Source of the DNA: Myxococcota bacterium
Lineage (GTDB): Bacteria; Myxococcota_A; UBA796; CAJQPC01
DNA: 64,000 nucleotides
Assembly: GCA_036229005.1 (NCBI GenBank)
Contig: JAZAMN010000030.1
Location: 1 to 64,000, forward strand
Reading direction: 5' to 3'
Both the position numbers and the translations under genes were made by a program. Numbering within the stretch: the stretch's first letter is position 1; every line of letters starts with the position of its first letter. The notes under the pieces were generated by a model. That model did no database searches. It was not told the DNA's origin and was given only the letters and a program-made list of their open reading frames with translations. Positions 29,723 through 41,021 of this stretch are shown here, piece after piece.

Positions 29723-30943
29723 ATGCCGACCTTTGCATATGAGGGCCGTGGTGCTGACGGCTCGGCCAAGAAGGGCAAGATCGAGGCCTCCGACATGGAG
29801 TCCGCGCGCGCTCGGCTGCGCCTGATGAAGATCCAGCCCTCCAATGTCAAGGAAGCCAGCGTCCTGGACATGGAGATCAAGCTCCCTGAGTGGGACTTCC
29901 TCAAGCCCAAGGTGACCACCAAGGACCTGGTGGTGTTCGTCCGGCAGTTCGCGACCATGATCGACTCCGGCCTCCCCCTGGTGCAGTGCCTGGAGATCCA
30001 GTCCAAGCAGGCCGGCAACCCCACCCTGCGCGAGCAGCTCACCAGCATCAAGGGCTCCGTCGAGTCCGGCACCACCTTCGCCGAGGCCCTCAAGAAGTAC
30101 CCGGACACCTTCGACTCGCTCTTCCGCAACCTGGTCGCGGCCGGCGAGATCGGCGGCATCCTGGACACCATCCTCAACCGCCTCGCGGCCTTCATGGAGA
30201 AGAACGAGAAGCTGGCGCGGAAGGTGAAGGGCGCGATGACCTACCCGGCCATCGTCATGACCGTGGCGCTGATCGTCGTGGTCGTCCTGCTGCTGTTCGT
30301 GGTGCCCACCTTCGAGTCGATGTTCGCCGAGTTCGGCGGCGCGCTGCCCGGGCCCACCCAGGTCGTCATCTCGCTGTCCAAGTTCATGCAGAGCAACTGG
30401 TACATCCTGCTGGCGGTGCTGCTCTCCACCTTCTTCGGCATCCGCTGGAGCTACAAGCAGCCCAAGGGCCGCAAGGTCATCGACGCCTTCCTGCTCAAGC
30501 TCCCGGTGTTCGGTGACCTGCTCCGCAAGGTGGCCGTGGCCCGCTTCTGCCGGACCCTGGGCACCATGGTCGCCTCCGGTGTGCCCATCCTGGACGCGCT
30601 CGACATCTGCGCCAAGACCGCCGGCAACGTGATCGTCGAAGAGGCGGTCATGCAGGCGCGGCAGAGCATCTCCGAGGGCCGCACCATCGCGGAGCCCATC
30701 CAGGAGTCCGGCGTGTTCCCGGACATGGTGTGCCAGATGATCGCGGTCGGTGAGAGCACCGGCGCCCTGGACATCATGCTCACCAAGATCGCCGACTTCT
30801 ACGACGACGAGGTCGACCAGGCGGTGGAGAACCTCACCTCCATGATGGAGCCGATGATCATGCTCTTCCTGGGTGTGGTCGTGGGTGGCTTCGTGATCGC
30901 CATGTACATGCCCATCTTCTCGATGGCCTCCGCCATCGGCTGA
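29723..30943 (+). CDS. pilC: Type IV pilus inner-membrane platform protein PilC
   Basis: RQFATMIDSGLPL, AGEIGGILD, VGESTGALD, MYMPIF. Confidence 0.95.
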   Translation: MPTFAYEGRGADGSAKKGKIEASDMESARARLRLMKIQPSNVKEASVLDMEIKLPEWDFLKPKVTTKDLVVFVRQFATMIDSGLPLVQCLEIQSKQAGNPTLREQLTSIKGSVESGTTFAEALKKYPDTFDSLFRNLVAAGEIGGILDTILNRLAAFMEKNEKLARKVKGAMTYPAIVMTVALIVVVVLLLFVVPTFESMFAEFGGALPGPTQVVISLSKFMQSNWYILLAVLLSTFFGIRWSYKQPKGRKVIDAFLLKLPVFGDLLRKVAVARFCRTLGTMVASGVPILDALDICAKTAGNVIVEEAVMQARQSISEGRTIAEPIQESGVFPDMVCQMIAVGESTGALDIMLTKIADFYDDEVDQAVENLTSMMEPMIMLFLGVVVGGFVIAMYMPIFSMASAIG

Positions 30944-30947
30944 TGCA

Positions 30948-32466
30948 ATGAGCGCCCCCGTCGGCGGCGATGAGCTCCGGCAGCGCCTGGTCCAGTACAT
31001 CGGCTTCCGGCTGCTGCTGGCCACGGCCCTGTTGATCTACGCCAGCCTGCTCTACGGCGCGGACGTGGGACAGCAGGGCATCGACCCCACCCTGGCGCTC
31101 GCCGTCGTCGCGGTGACCTACGCCGGGCTGGGGACCTCCGCGTACCTGGTCCGCCGCATGGAGCGGCCCGGTCGCCTGGTGCTGCTGCAGCTCTCCATGG
31201 ACAGCCTGGCCATCTACAGCCTGGTCTTCCTCTTTGGCGGCACCAGCAGCCCATTTGTGCCGCTCTTCCCCGCGGCCGTGCTGGGTGCGGCCTACCTTGA
31301 CGCCCGCCGGGGGGCGCTGCTCTCTGCCTTCATCAACGCGGCGCTGCTCGTGCTGCTGGCCGTGCTCGCCAGCTCCGGAGTGGACCCGGTGCGGGCCGCT
31401 GCCGTGGTCCTGACCGAGGTCTTTGGGGTGTTCTTGGTGGGCCTTCTCGCCGGGGAGCTCGCCTCCAAGCTGACGGCGCAGACCCGGGAGCGGGCGGCCG
31501 TCGAGAAGGACCTGGCGCAGGTCCTGGAGCACCTGCGGGTGGGGCTCGTGCTGGTGGACGCGCGCGGCGAGGTGCGCGCCTCGAACCCGGCAGCGCAGGC
31601 GCTCTTTCCTCAGATTCAGGGTGACCTCGTCGGCGCCATCCCGGGCTATGAGGTGGGGGAGGGCCCCACAGCCTGGGAGGTGGACGGCGCCGGTCCCGAG
31701 CAGGATCGCACCCTCCTCCTCTCCCGCAGCCCCACGGACGAGGGCGGGAGCGTGCTGGTCATCGAGGACGTCACCCAGCTCCGGCGTACCCAGCGCCTCA
31801 GCGCCCGCGAGGAGAGGTTGAGCGCCGTGGGCCGCTTCTCCCAGGGCATCGCGCACGAGATCAAGAACCCTCTGGCCTCCTTGTCCGGGGCGCTGCGGCT
31901 GATGGACCTGAGCGACTCGGACAAGCGCCTCCGCAACATCGTCCTGCGCGAAGTGGACCGCTTGGACCGGCTGGTCACCGACTTCCGCGACGCCGGACAG
32001 CCCGCGCCCATTCGCCGGGGCCCGGTGGATATCTGCGGGCTGCTGCGGGAGGTGAGCGAGGCCTTCTCCCACGACACCCGCTATGTCACCGCCCGGGTCG
32101 TGACGGTGGGGCTCACAGGGGAGCACACCCTGTCCGCAGACGAGGACAAGCTCAAGCAGGCGCTGTGGAACCTGTTGCTGAACGCCGCCCAGCACATGCC
32201 CCAGGGGGGCACCATCACCCTGAGCCTGGAGATCGGTGAGTGCGTGGAGATCGGCGTCGAGGACCAGGGGGTGGGCATCCCGGTGGAGCAGCTCCCGCTG
32301 ATCTTCGACCCCTTCTTCACCCGCCGCAGCGGGGGCACTGGGCTGGGGCTCTCGGTGGTCGAGCGGGTCGTCCGCGAACACGGGGGCGAGATCGGCGTGA
32401 AGAGCCAGGTGGGCGAGGGGACGCGCTTCTGGCTACGCCTGCCCGTGGACGGACTGGAGGCCGCGA

Positions 32467-32474
<8 letters not shown>
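30948..32474 (+). CDS. pilS: Sensor histidine kinase PilS
   Basis: About 6 TM, PAS-like region, AHEIKNPL, GTGLGL; lies between pilC and pilR. Confidence 0.85.
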
Positions 32475-33858
<1,384 letters not shown>

Positions 33859-33860
33859 AG

Positions 33861-33917
33861 TGACGCTCAGCGTCACCTGACAGATTTTGTCACCCCGAGA
33901 GCTGACGCTCAGCGTCA
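33861..33917. promoter_or_regulatory. Three TGAC-N7-GTCA palindromes, putative PilR enhancer
   Basis: TGACGCTCAGCGTCA (33861-33875), TGACAGATTTTGTCA (33878-33892), TGACGCTCAGCGTCA (33903-33917), upstream of the sigma54 promoter. Confidence 0.75.
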
Positions 33918-33958
33918 CCTGCGGCACATAGAGGCCCGTATACGGGGGATCGGAAAGT

Positions 33959-33973
33959 TGGCACGGACCTTGA
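33959..33973 (+). promoter_or_regulatory. Sigma54 promoter of pilA
   Basis: TGGCACGGACCTTGA (one mismatch at -12). Confidence 0.8.
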
Positions 33974-34024
33974 ATCGTTTCCTGGCGTCAACAAAGACTG
34001 CGAACCCCCACCGGAGTACCTGCC

Positions 34025-34483
34025 ATGTTCAAGAAGGGCTTTACCCTCGTCGAGCTGATGATCGTCGTCGCCATCATCGGCATCCTGGCCGCAATCGCCA
34101 TCCCGAACTTCATCGAGATGCAGTACCGCGCCAAGCGCTCCGAGGTCCCCTCCAACGTGAAGGGCATCAAGACCGCCGAGCTCGGCTACGACGCCGCGTT
34201 CGACACCTTCGTGCAGGCGACCGCGCACCCCACCTCCACCGCCTCCAAGCAGCAGGTGGACTGGGCCGGCGGCAACGCTGACTTCCAGAAGCTGGGCTGG
34301 GCTCCCGACGGCAAGGTGCGCGGTGTGTACACCGTGACCACCACCGCCGCTGGTGGCGGCTCCGCGGGTGGTGACTTCACCGTCACCGGTACCTGCGACG
34401 TCGACGGTGACGGCGTGATCGCACAGTACACCGCCACCAAGTCGGTGAACGCCACCTTCAACAACAACAACGACACCTACTGA
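34025..34483 (+). CDS. pilA: Type IV major pilin
   Basis: KKG|FTLVELMIVVAIIGILAAIAIPNF prepilin motif; lies downstream of pilR. Confidence 0.93.
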   Translation: MFKKGFTLVELMIVVAIIGILAAIAIPNFIEMQYRAKRSEVPSNVKGIKTAELGYDAAFDTFVQATAHPTSTASKQQVDWAGGNADFQKLGWAPDGKVRGVYTVTTTAAGGGSAGGDFTVTGTCDVDGDGVIAQYTATKSVNATFNNNNDTY

Positions 34484-34517
34484 GTCGTTGCGGTTGACCC
34501 CCTCGGGGGTGCAGAAA

Positions 34518-34543
34518 AGGGCAGGCCTTCGGGTCTGCCCTTC
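34518..34543 (+). terminator. Hairpin terminator after pilA
   Basis: agggcaggcc-ttcg-ggtctgccct (cUUCGg loop). Confidence 0.7.
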
Positions 34544-34585
34544 CTGCTCTGGGGCCCGAGACCCCGCCTGCTGTAGGCTGCCCGG

Positions 34586-36250
34586 ATGAAGCGAGACCGG
34601 ACCCTGTGGGCCTTCGGGGCCATCTGCCTGCTCCTGAGCGTCAGCTACGGCTCGCTGGCCTGGGCGGGCTTTGTGTTCGACGACTTCCCGCTGGTCGTCA
34701 ACAACACGATGATCCGGGACCTGGGCAACCTGGGCCTCTTCTTCCGCACCGACCTCTGGGCCGGCGCCGACGTCGAGGTGGCCTCCGGCTACTACAGGCC
34801 CCTGGTGATCACCTCGCTGGCTGTGGACTACGCCCTCTTCGGCGATTGGGCCGGCGGATACCACCTGCAGTCCCTGTTCTGGCACCTCTGCGGCTGCGTG
34901 CTGCTCCTGGCGCTGCTGCGCCGCTGGGTCCACCCGCTGGCCGCTTTGGTCGGCGCCGCACTCTTCGCCCTCCACCCCCTGCAATCCGAGGCGGTGGCCT
35001 GGATCGCCGCCCGCAACGACGTCATGGTCGCCGCGTTCGCCCTGGGGAGTCTGCTGGCCCTCGAAGGGGAGCGCCCCGGCCCCTGGCGCCTCGCGCTCGG
35101 TGGCACACTGGGCCTGTGCGCGCTGCTCAGCAAGGAGAGCGCGGTCCTGCTGCCGCTGATGGTCCTGGGCGCCGATCTGGCCTTCCACCGGCGCTTCTCC
35201 CACTGGAGCAAGTGGGTGGCCTTGGGGGGCGCCGCTGCGGTCTACCTGCTCTTGCGCAGTCAGGCGGAGCTCAGCCTGGAGGCCGGCCCCGACCGGGCGC
35301 TCATCCTGGCCGCCATCCAGAGCGCCCCCCGGATCGCTGGGCACTACGGCCTGCGCGTGCTCAGCCCCTACCCGCTCAGCGTCGGCGCAACCTTGGAGTA
35401 CCTGCGGCCTTGGGTCTCCATCTCCAGCATCGCCGTGCTCGGCGTCTCGGGGCTGCTGCTCTGGCGCGGCGGGCGCAAGGCCGCCTACGGCCTGGGCTGG
35501 ATGCTGCTCTTCTTCGCCCCCGCCGTCCTGGCCATCTCCTTCCGGGCCCAGCTCGGCGAGCGCTACATGTACCTGCCGCTGGCCGGTCTGGGGGTGGCGC
35601 TGGCCGCCGTGCTCCCCCAGGACAGGCGCCTCTGGCTGGCGGTGGGCGCCCTGGTCCTCCTGCACTTGGCCATCGTCCCCATGCGCCTTCTGGACTGGCG
35701 GGACAACGAGGCGCTCTGGGGGGCCGCCGTTCGCAGCGACCCCAACGGCTACAGCTACGCCGGGCTGGCCCACGTCTACAACCACCAGGGGCGGGTGGAC
35801 GAGGCCGCGCACTACTTCCACGCCGCCCTGGAAGAGGAGCCTCCCTACACCGAGTTCTGCAACAACGCGGTCAGCCTGGGGCTCAACAACGGACGCCTGG
35901 ACATCGCCTACCGGGGGGCCTTTCTGGTCGGTCAGAACTGCCCGGACAGCATCGAGAACCTGGGCCTGGTGGCCACTGCCCGGCTCATGGCTGGGGACAT
36001 CGCCGGGGCCGACTCCGCGCTGGACCGCTGGGGGGGCAGCGAGCCCGACGAGCGCCTGGAGCTCGCCGCAGCGGCCAGGGCCTTGATGGAGGGGGAGGCG
36101 GCGCGCTACGACGCACTGGTCGGGGCCAACCCCCAGGACCCCGCGTTCGCCGACAAGGCCCAGGAGCTGGCGTCCATGGCCGAGGACAACCGGGATCAGG
36201 ACGCCTACCGCGCGCAGCTTCGGGGTGAGCCGACGCCGGGGGTGCCGTGA
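34586..36250 (+). CDS. TMTC-like GT-C membrane glycosyltransferase with C-terminal TPR
   Basis: FVFDD, YYRPL, LHPLQSEAVAWIAAR and ERYMYLP motifs; multiple TM helices. Confidence 0.75.
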   Translation: MKRDRTLWAFGAICLLLSVSYGSLAWAGFVFDDFPLVVNNTMIRDLGNLGLFFRTDLWAGADVEVASGYYRPLVITSLAVDYALFGDWAGGYHLQSLFWHLCGCVLLLALLRRWVHPLAALVGAALFALHPLQSEAVAWIAARNDVMVAAFALGSLLALEGERPGPWRLALGGTLGLCALLSKESAVLLPLMVLGADLAFHRRFSHWSKWVALGGAAAVYLLLRSQAELSLEAGPDRALILAAIQSAPRIAGHYGLRVLSPYPLSVGATLEYLRPWVSISSIAVLGVSGLLLWRGGRKAAYGLGWMLLFFAPAVLAISFRAQLGERYMYLPLAGLGVALAAVLPQDRRLWLAVGALVLLHLAIVPMRLLDWRDNEALWGAAVRSDPNGYSYAGLAHVYNHQGRVDEAAHYFHAALEEEPPYTEFCNNAVSLGLNNGRLDIAYRGAFLVGQNCPDSIENLGLVATARLMAGDIAGADSALDRWGGSEPDERLELAAAARALMEGEAARYDALVGANPQDPAFADKAQELASMAEDNRDQDAYRAQLRGEPTPGVP

Positions 36251-37155
36251 AGACCCAGGCGCTCGCGCTCGCGATCGCGGTGTCTGCGGCTAGCCTCGCG
36301 CACCTCGCCCAGCGCCGCATCGATCCGCTGCGACGACAGGCCCAGGACCGCAGCGACAGGGACGCGGTGGCCTCGGGGGAGCTCGTGCGGGTCGCCGCCT
36401 CGGGCTCGGAGCTGCTGGTCGCGGACGTCATGTGGGTGCGCGCGGTCCTGGCCTTCGGAGAGGGCTTCCAGGAGCAGGGCCTGAGCGCCCCCGGCTGGTC
36501 CACCTGGTTCGCGGGGACCCTCGACGCTGTCACCACCCTCGATCCCACCTGGGCCACCCCCTACATCTGGGGCGGCATGATGCTCGAGGTCGCCGAAGAC
36601 CCCCGCGCCGCCGCCGGGATCTACCGCCGCGGCGCCGCCAACCTGCCCGACGACTACCGCTTCTGGTTCAACCTGGGCATGCTCGAGTACTTCCAGTTCG
36701 ACGATCCCCAGGCGGCCGCCGGCTACATGAAGCGGGCCTCCGAGTGTCCGGGCGCACCCGGCTGGTTCGCCAACGCCGCGGTGGCCTACGGCTCCGAGCG
36801 GGAGACCCGGCAGGCCGCCCTGACCTACCTGCGGCAGGAGCTGGAGAGCACCGCCGACCCTGACCTGCGCTCCGACATCCAGGCCCGCATCGCCAAGCTG
36901 GAGCACGAGATCCTGGCCGCGGACATCAACCAGGTGCGCGCACAACTCGAGGCACAGCTCGGCCGCAGCCTGAGCTCGCCCCAGGAGCTCGTCGACCGCA
37001 CCGGGACACCCCTCCCGCCGGACCCCTTGGAGGGGGAGTGGATCCTCGACGTGGACGGCGAGATCCGCTCCTCTGTGCACGCCGAACTCCTGCGCGATGC
37101 GGCGCTCAAGGGCGCGCGCGGCATCCTCACCAGCCCCCGGATCCAGGCCCGGTGA
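36247..37155 (+). CDS. PilG-like (myxobacterial) TPR pilus-associated protein
   Basis: [20 protein letters not shown] segment, [10 protein letters not shown]; position after pilA. Confidence 0.6.
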   Translation: MKTQALALAIAVSAASLAHLAQRRIDPLRRQAQDRSDRDAVASGELVRVAASGSELLVADVMWVRAVLAFGEGFQEQGLSAPGWSTWFAGTLDAVTTLDPTWATPYIWGGMMLEVAEDPRAAAGIYRRGAANLPDDYRFWFNLGMLEYFQFDDPQAAAGYMKRASECPGAPGWFANAAVAYGSERETRQAALTYLRQELESTADPDLRSDIQARIAKLEHEILAADINQVRAQLEAQLGRSLSSPQELVDRTGTPLPPDPLEGEWILDVDGEIRSSVHAELLRDAALKGARGILTSPRIQAR

Positions 37156-37706
37156 GCAGCCGCCTGGTCGTCGTCGGTCTGGGCTCCAGCAGCGCCCGCG
37201 GGGAGGAGATCCTGCGCCTCGCTGTGCGGGTCCTGGACGCCCGGGTCGGGGTGGAGGCCTGCTCGCGCATCTACAGGTCTCCGCCCGCCGGGGGCGTCGC
37301 CCAGCGCTGGTTCTGGAATGCGGCGGTGCTCGTGCGGGCGCCGGTACACCCCCTGCTCACCCTGGTGCAGTCCATCGAGCGGGACTTTGGGCGCCGGCGA
37401 GGTCCCCGGTTTGGCGATCGCGTCCTGGACCTGGACCTGCTGTGGAGCCCGGGCCTGGTCTGCGAGCACCCCGATCTCAGCCTGCCTCACCCGCGCCTCG
37501 CCGAGCGGGATTTTGCTCTGGGGCCCCTGCTGGATCTGGTGCCCAAGGCGGTGGATCCCAGGACCTCCCAGCGCTACGCAGCCCTCCCTCGACCCCTCCC
37601 CAGAGCGCTGCCTGTGGGCGTGCTGCCAAAGGCCGGGATCCCCCTTGCCCGGGGCATGGGTGCGGCATACGCGCACACCACCTTGCCAGAGAGAGGCCCG
37701 GCCACC
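37152..37706 (+). CDS. folK: FolK/HPPK domain, in frame with transaldolase with no stop codon
   Basis: [32 protein letters not shown]. Confidence 0.8.
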
Positions 37707-38402
37707 ATGAAGTTCTTCATCGATACCGCGAACCTGGACGAGATCCGCACCGCAGCCCGCTGGGGGATCATCGACGGCGTGACCACCAACCCCTCGCTGA
37801 TCGCAAAGGAGGGGCGGGACTTCATCGAGACCATCGCCGAGATCTGCGAGCTCGTGGACGGCCCTGTCTCCGCTGAGGTCGTCGCTGACCACGCCGACGA
37901 CATGGTCAAGCAGGGTGAGCTGCTCGCCCGCGTGCACGACAACGTCGTGGTCAAGGTCCCCCTGACCCAGGAGGGCATCGTCGCGACCTCCCGCCTCAGC
38001 GCCCAGGGCATCAAGACCAACGTCACCCTCTGCTTCCAGCCCGTGCAGGCCCTGCTGGCCGCCAAGGCCGGCGCCACGTACATCTCGCCCTTCATCGGCC
38101 GCATCGACGATGTGGGTCGCGACGGCATGTCCATGATCGAGGAGATCGTGGCCATCTACGACAACTACCCGGACCTGGAGACCCAGATCCTGGCCGCGTC
38201 CGTGCGCCACCCCCAGCACGTCCTGCAGGCCGCACTGGCCGGCGCTCACGTCGCCACCATCCCCTTCGGCGTGCTCAGCAAGCTCTTCGGTCACCCCCTG
38301 ACCGACAAGGGCAACGCCGCCTTCAACCAGGCCTGGGAGGGGGTGCCCGATCGGGACATCGTCAAGCAGGTCAGCGCCTGGCTGGAGAAGAACGAGCGCT
38401 GA
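37707..38402 (+). CDS. tal: Transaldolase (TalC/Fsa family)
   Basis: [33 protein letters not shown]; own RBS gagagg. Confidence 0.92.
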   Translation: MKFFIDTANLDEIRTAARWGIIDGVTTNPSLIAKEGRDFIETIAEICELVDGPVSAEVVADHADDMVKQGELLARVHDNVVVKVPLTQEGIVATSRLSAQGIKTNVTLCFQPVQALLAAKAGATYISPFIGRIDDVGRDGMSMIEEIVAIYDNYPDLETQILAASVRHPQHVLQAALAGAHVATIPFGVLSKLFGHPLTDKGNAAFNQAWEGVPDRDIVKQVSAWLEKNER

Positions 38403-38434
38403 GCTTGCCGCCCCAGCGGCTCCCCCTTAGTCAA

Positions 38435-38452
38435 TGAATGAATACTCATTCA
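38435..38452. promoter_or_regulatory. FadR(YsiA)-type TetR operator palindrome
   Basis: TGAATGAATACTCATTCA, immediately upstream of the tetR start. Confidence 0.85.
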
Positions 38453-38466
38453 GAGGTCTGGAGTCT

Positions 38467-39075
38467 GTGGGTAGGGCCGAAGCCAGGAAGAGTGAAAAGC
38501 GCGGTCGCATCACCGAGGCCGCCATCGCCGTGTTCGCCGAGCGGGGCTTCCACGTCGCTCGCGTGAGCGACATCGCCAGGCGCGCGGGCGTCGCCGACGG
38601 CACCATCTACCTGTACTTCAAGAACAAGGAGGATCTGCTCCTCTCCATCTTCGAGGAGCAGATGGACCGGCTCAGCTCTGGGCTGGCCGAGGTGCTGGAG
38701 GGCGTGGACGACCCCCGGGAGCGCATCCGCCGCTTCGCCAGCTACCACTTCGAGATGGTGCGTGAGCACCGCAACGTCGCCGAGGTCCTGCAGGTCGAGC
38801 TCCGGCTCTCGACCAAGTTCATCAAGGACTACCGGCCGCAGAAGCTCTGGGACTACCTCGGCGTGTTCGCTGACTGTGTGCGCCAGGGCCAGGAGCAGGG
38901 GCTCATCCGACCCGAGGTCGACCCCTTCTCCACCATGTGGGCCTTCTTCGGGGCCCTCGACCAGATCGGTATGCAGTGGGTCCTGGCCCGCAAGAAGCAA
39001 AAGTTCAACCTGGACAAAGCAGCCTTGGATGTCGCGGAGATCTTCATCCGTGGCATGGCCGTGGAGTCCACCTGA
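38467..39075 (+). CDS. fadR: TetR-family fatty-acid degradation repressor (FadR/YsiA-like)
   Basis: IARRAGVADGTIYLYFKNKEDLL, VLQVELR; GTG start after ggag. Confidence 0.85.
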   Translation: MGRAEARKSEKRGRITEAAIAVFAERGFHVARVSDIARRAGVADGTIYLYFKNKEDLLLSIFEEQMDRLSSGLAEVLEGVDDPRERIRRFASYHFEMVREHRNVAEVLQVELRLSTKFIKDYRPQKLWDYLGVFADCVRQGQEQGLIRPEVDPFSTMWAFFGALDQIGMQWVLARKKQKFNLDKAALDVAEIFIRGMAVEST

Positions 39076-39114
39076 GAGTGCGGCCTGTGGCCGCGACAAC
39101 CCAATGGAGGCACC

Positions 39115-39903
39115 GTGAAGATCGGCGTTCTGCTCAAGCAGGTCCCCGCCTCTGATTCCCGCATCAAGATCAACGGGGATCAGTCCGGCATCGTGACCGA
39201 CGACATCAAGTGGGAGATCAACCCCTACGACGAGTTCGCCCTGGAGGCCGGCATCCAGCTCAAGGAAGCCAAGGTCGCCGACAGCCTGGTCCTGATCACC
39301 ATGGGTGACAAGGACGCCGAGGCTCGGGTCAAGGACGGTCTGGCCCGCGCGGTCAAGGCCAAGCCCGAGGCCATCCGCGTGGACGCTGGCGACTTCGCCG
39401 GCGCCGACTCCCTGGGTGTCGCCAAGGCCCTGGCCGCTGCCATCAAGAAGGCCGGCATCGACCTGGTCCTCACCGGCAAGCAGGCCATCGACAACGACAA
39501 CGCCCAGGTGCCCGCGATGCTCGCGGAGCTGCTGGACCTCCCCCAGATCACCCAGGTCGAGAAGCTGGAGGTCACCGCTGACGGTGTGACCGCCCACCGC
39601 GTCATGGGTGGCGGCCAGGTCGACGTGGTCAAGGCGCCCGTGAACGCCGTCGTGACCTGCGACAAGGGCCTCAACGAGCCCCGCTTCGCCTCCCTGCCCG
39701 GCATCATGAAGGCCAAGCGCGCCAAGATCGCCGTCTGGGGCGCTGGCGACCTGGGCGTGGACGCTGGCGCTGCGCTGGTCACCGAGAGTGACTACCGCGA
39801 GCCCCCCGCCCGCCCCGCTGGTCAGATCATCGAGGGTGCCTCCGTCGCGGAGAAGGTCGACAAGCTCGTCAACCTGCTCCAGAACGAGGCCAAGGTTCTC
39901 TGA
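39115..39903 (+). CDS. etfB: Electron transfer flavoprotein beta subunit
   Basis: KQVP, INPYDEFALE, GKQAID, NEPRFASL. Confidence 0.95.
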   Translation: MKIGVLLKQVPASDSRIKINGDQSGIVTDDIKWEINPYDEFALEAGIQLKEAKVADSLVLITMGDKDAEARVKDGLARAVKAKPEAIRVDAGDFAGADSLGVAKALAAAIKKAGIDLVLTGKQAIDNDNAQVPAMLAELLDLPQITQVEKLEVTADGVTAHRVMGGGQVDVVKAPVNAVVTCDKGLNEPRFASLPGIMKAKRAKIAVWGAGDLGVDAGAALVTESDYREPPARPAGQIIEGASVAEKVDKLVNLLQNEAKVL

Positions 39904-39948
39904 ACCTGCCCACCCTTCAACGCACTTTCGTCCAAAGGACAAGAAATC

Positions 39949-40899
39949 ATGGCTGGAATTCTCGTTTTCAGTGAGCACGAGGGCGGGCAGATCAAGAAGA
40001 CCGCCTTCGAGCTGATCGCCAAGGCCGCCTCCCTGGGCATGGGCCCCGTGTCCGCCGTCGTCGTCGGCGATGTCGACACCGCCGCCCTGGGCACCTACGG
40101 CGCCACCACCGTGTACAAGGTGGCCGGCGACTTCTCGAGCTACACCACCGGTGCCTACGCCAAGGCCCTGGCGGCGGTCATCGAGAAGGCGGACCCCGCA
40201 GTGGTGCTCGGCGCCGCGAGCGCGGTGGGCAAGGACCTCTTCCCCCGCGTGGGTGCCCGCATCGGCGCCGGCGTCGTGACCGAGGCCACCGACCTGATCG
40301 CTCAGGACGGCGGGCTGGTCGCGCACCGCCCCATCTACGCCGGCAAGGCCTTCGTGACCGCCAAGGTCAACGGCCGCGCCCTGATCACCGTGCGTCCGAA
40401 CTCCTTCGGCGCTCCCGAGGCTGGCGCTGGCAGCGCTGAGGTCGTCGCTGTGGACGCTGGCATCAGCGCCGCCGACTCCAAGGTGCAGGTGGTGGAGTCC
40501 ATCAAGAGCACCGCCACCGTCGCCGACCTGACCGAGGCTGACCGCATCGTGTCCGCCGGCCGCTCCATCAAGAGCGCCGAGCAGTACGACGCCGTCGTGC
40601 GCCCCCTGGCCGCCACCATCGGCGCCACCCCCGGTGCCTCCCGTGCCGCCGTGGACGCTGGCTATGCGCCCCACAGCCACCAGGTCGGTCAGACCGGCAA
40701 GGTCGTCAACCCCAACCTCTACATCGCCCTGGGCATCAGCGGCGCCATCCAGCACCTCGCTGGCATGCGCACCTCCAAGGTCATCGTGGCGGTGAACAAG
40801 GACCCCGAGGCCCCCATCTTCGCCCACGCCACCTACGGCCTGGTCGACGATCTCTTCGAGGTCGCTCCCGCCCTCCAGGCCAAGCTCGCGTCTCTCTGA
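39949..40899 (+). CDS. etfA: Electron transfer flavoprotein alpha subunit
   Basis: [29 protein letters not shown]. Confidence 0.95.
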   Translation: MAGILVFSEHEGGQIKKTAFELIAKAASLGMGPVSAVVVGDVDTAALGTYGATTVYKVAGDFSSYTTGAYAKALAAVIEKADPAVVLGAASAVGKDLFPRVGARIGAGVVTEATDLIAQDGGLVAHRPIYAGKAFVTAKVNGRALITVRPNSFGAPEAGAGSAEVVAVDAGISAADSKVQVVESIKSTATVADLTEADRIVSAGRSIKSAEQYDAVVRPLAATIGATPGASRAAVDAGYAPHSHQVGQTGKVVNPNLYIALGISGAIQHLAGMRTSKVIVAVNKDPEAPIFAHATYGLVDDLFEVAPALQAKLASL

Positions 40900-41021
40900 G
40901 ATTCGGCTTCGCCCGCGCAGGATCGTCCAGTAGGGCCATCCTGACGACAACTTCGCGCCCCGTGTCGCTCCAAGTGGCGGCCCGGGGCGCGTTGCTATAG
41001 TGGGGCGGCTCCGTTTCGCCC

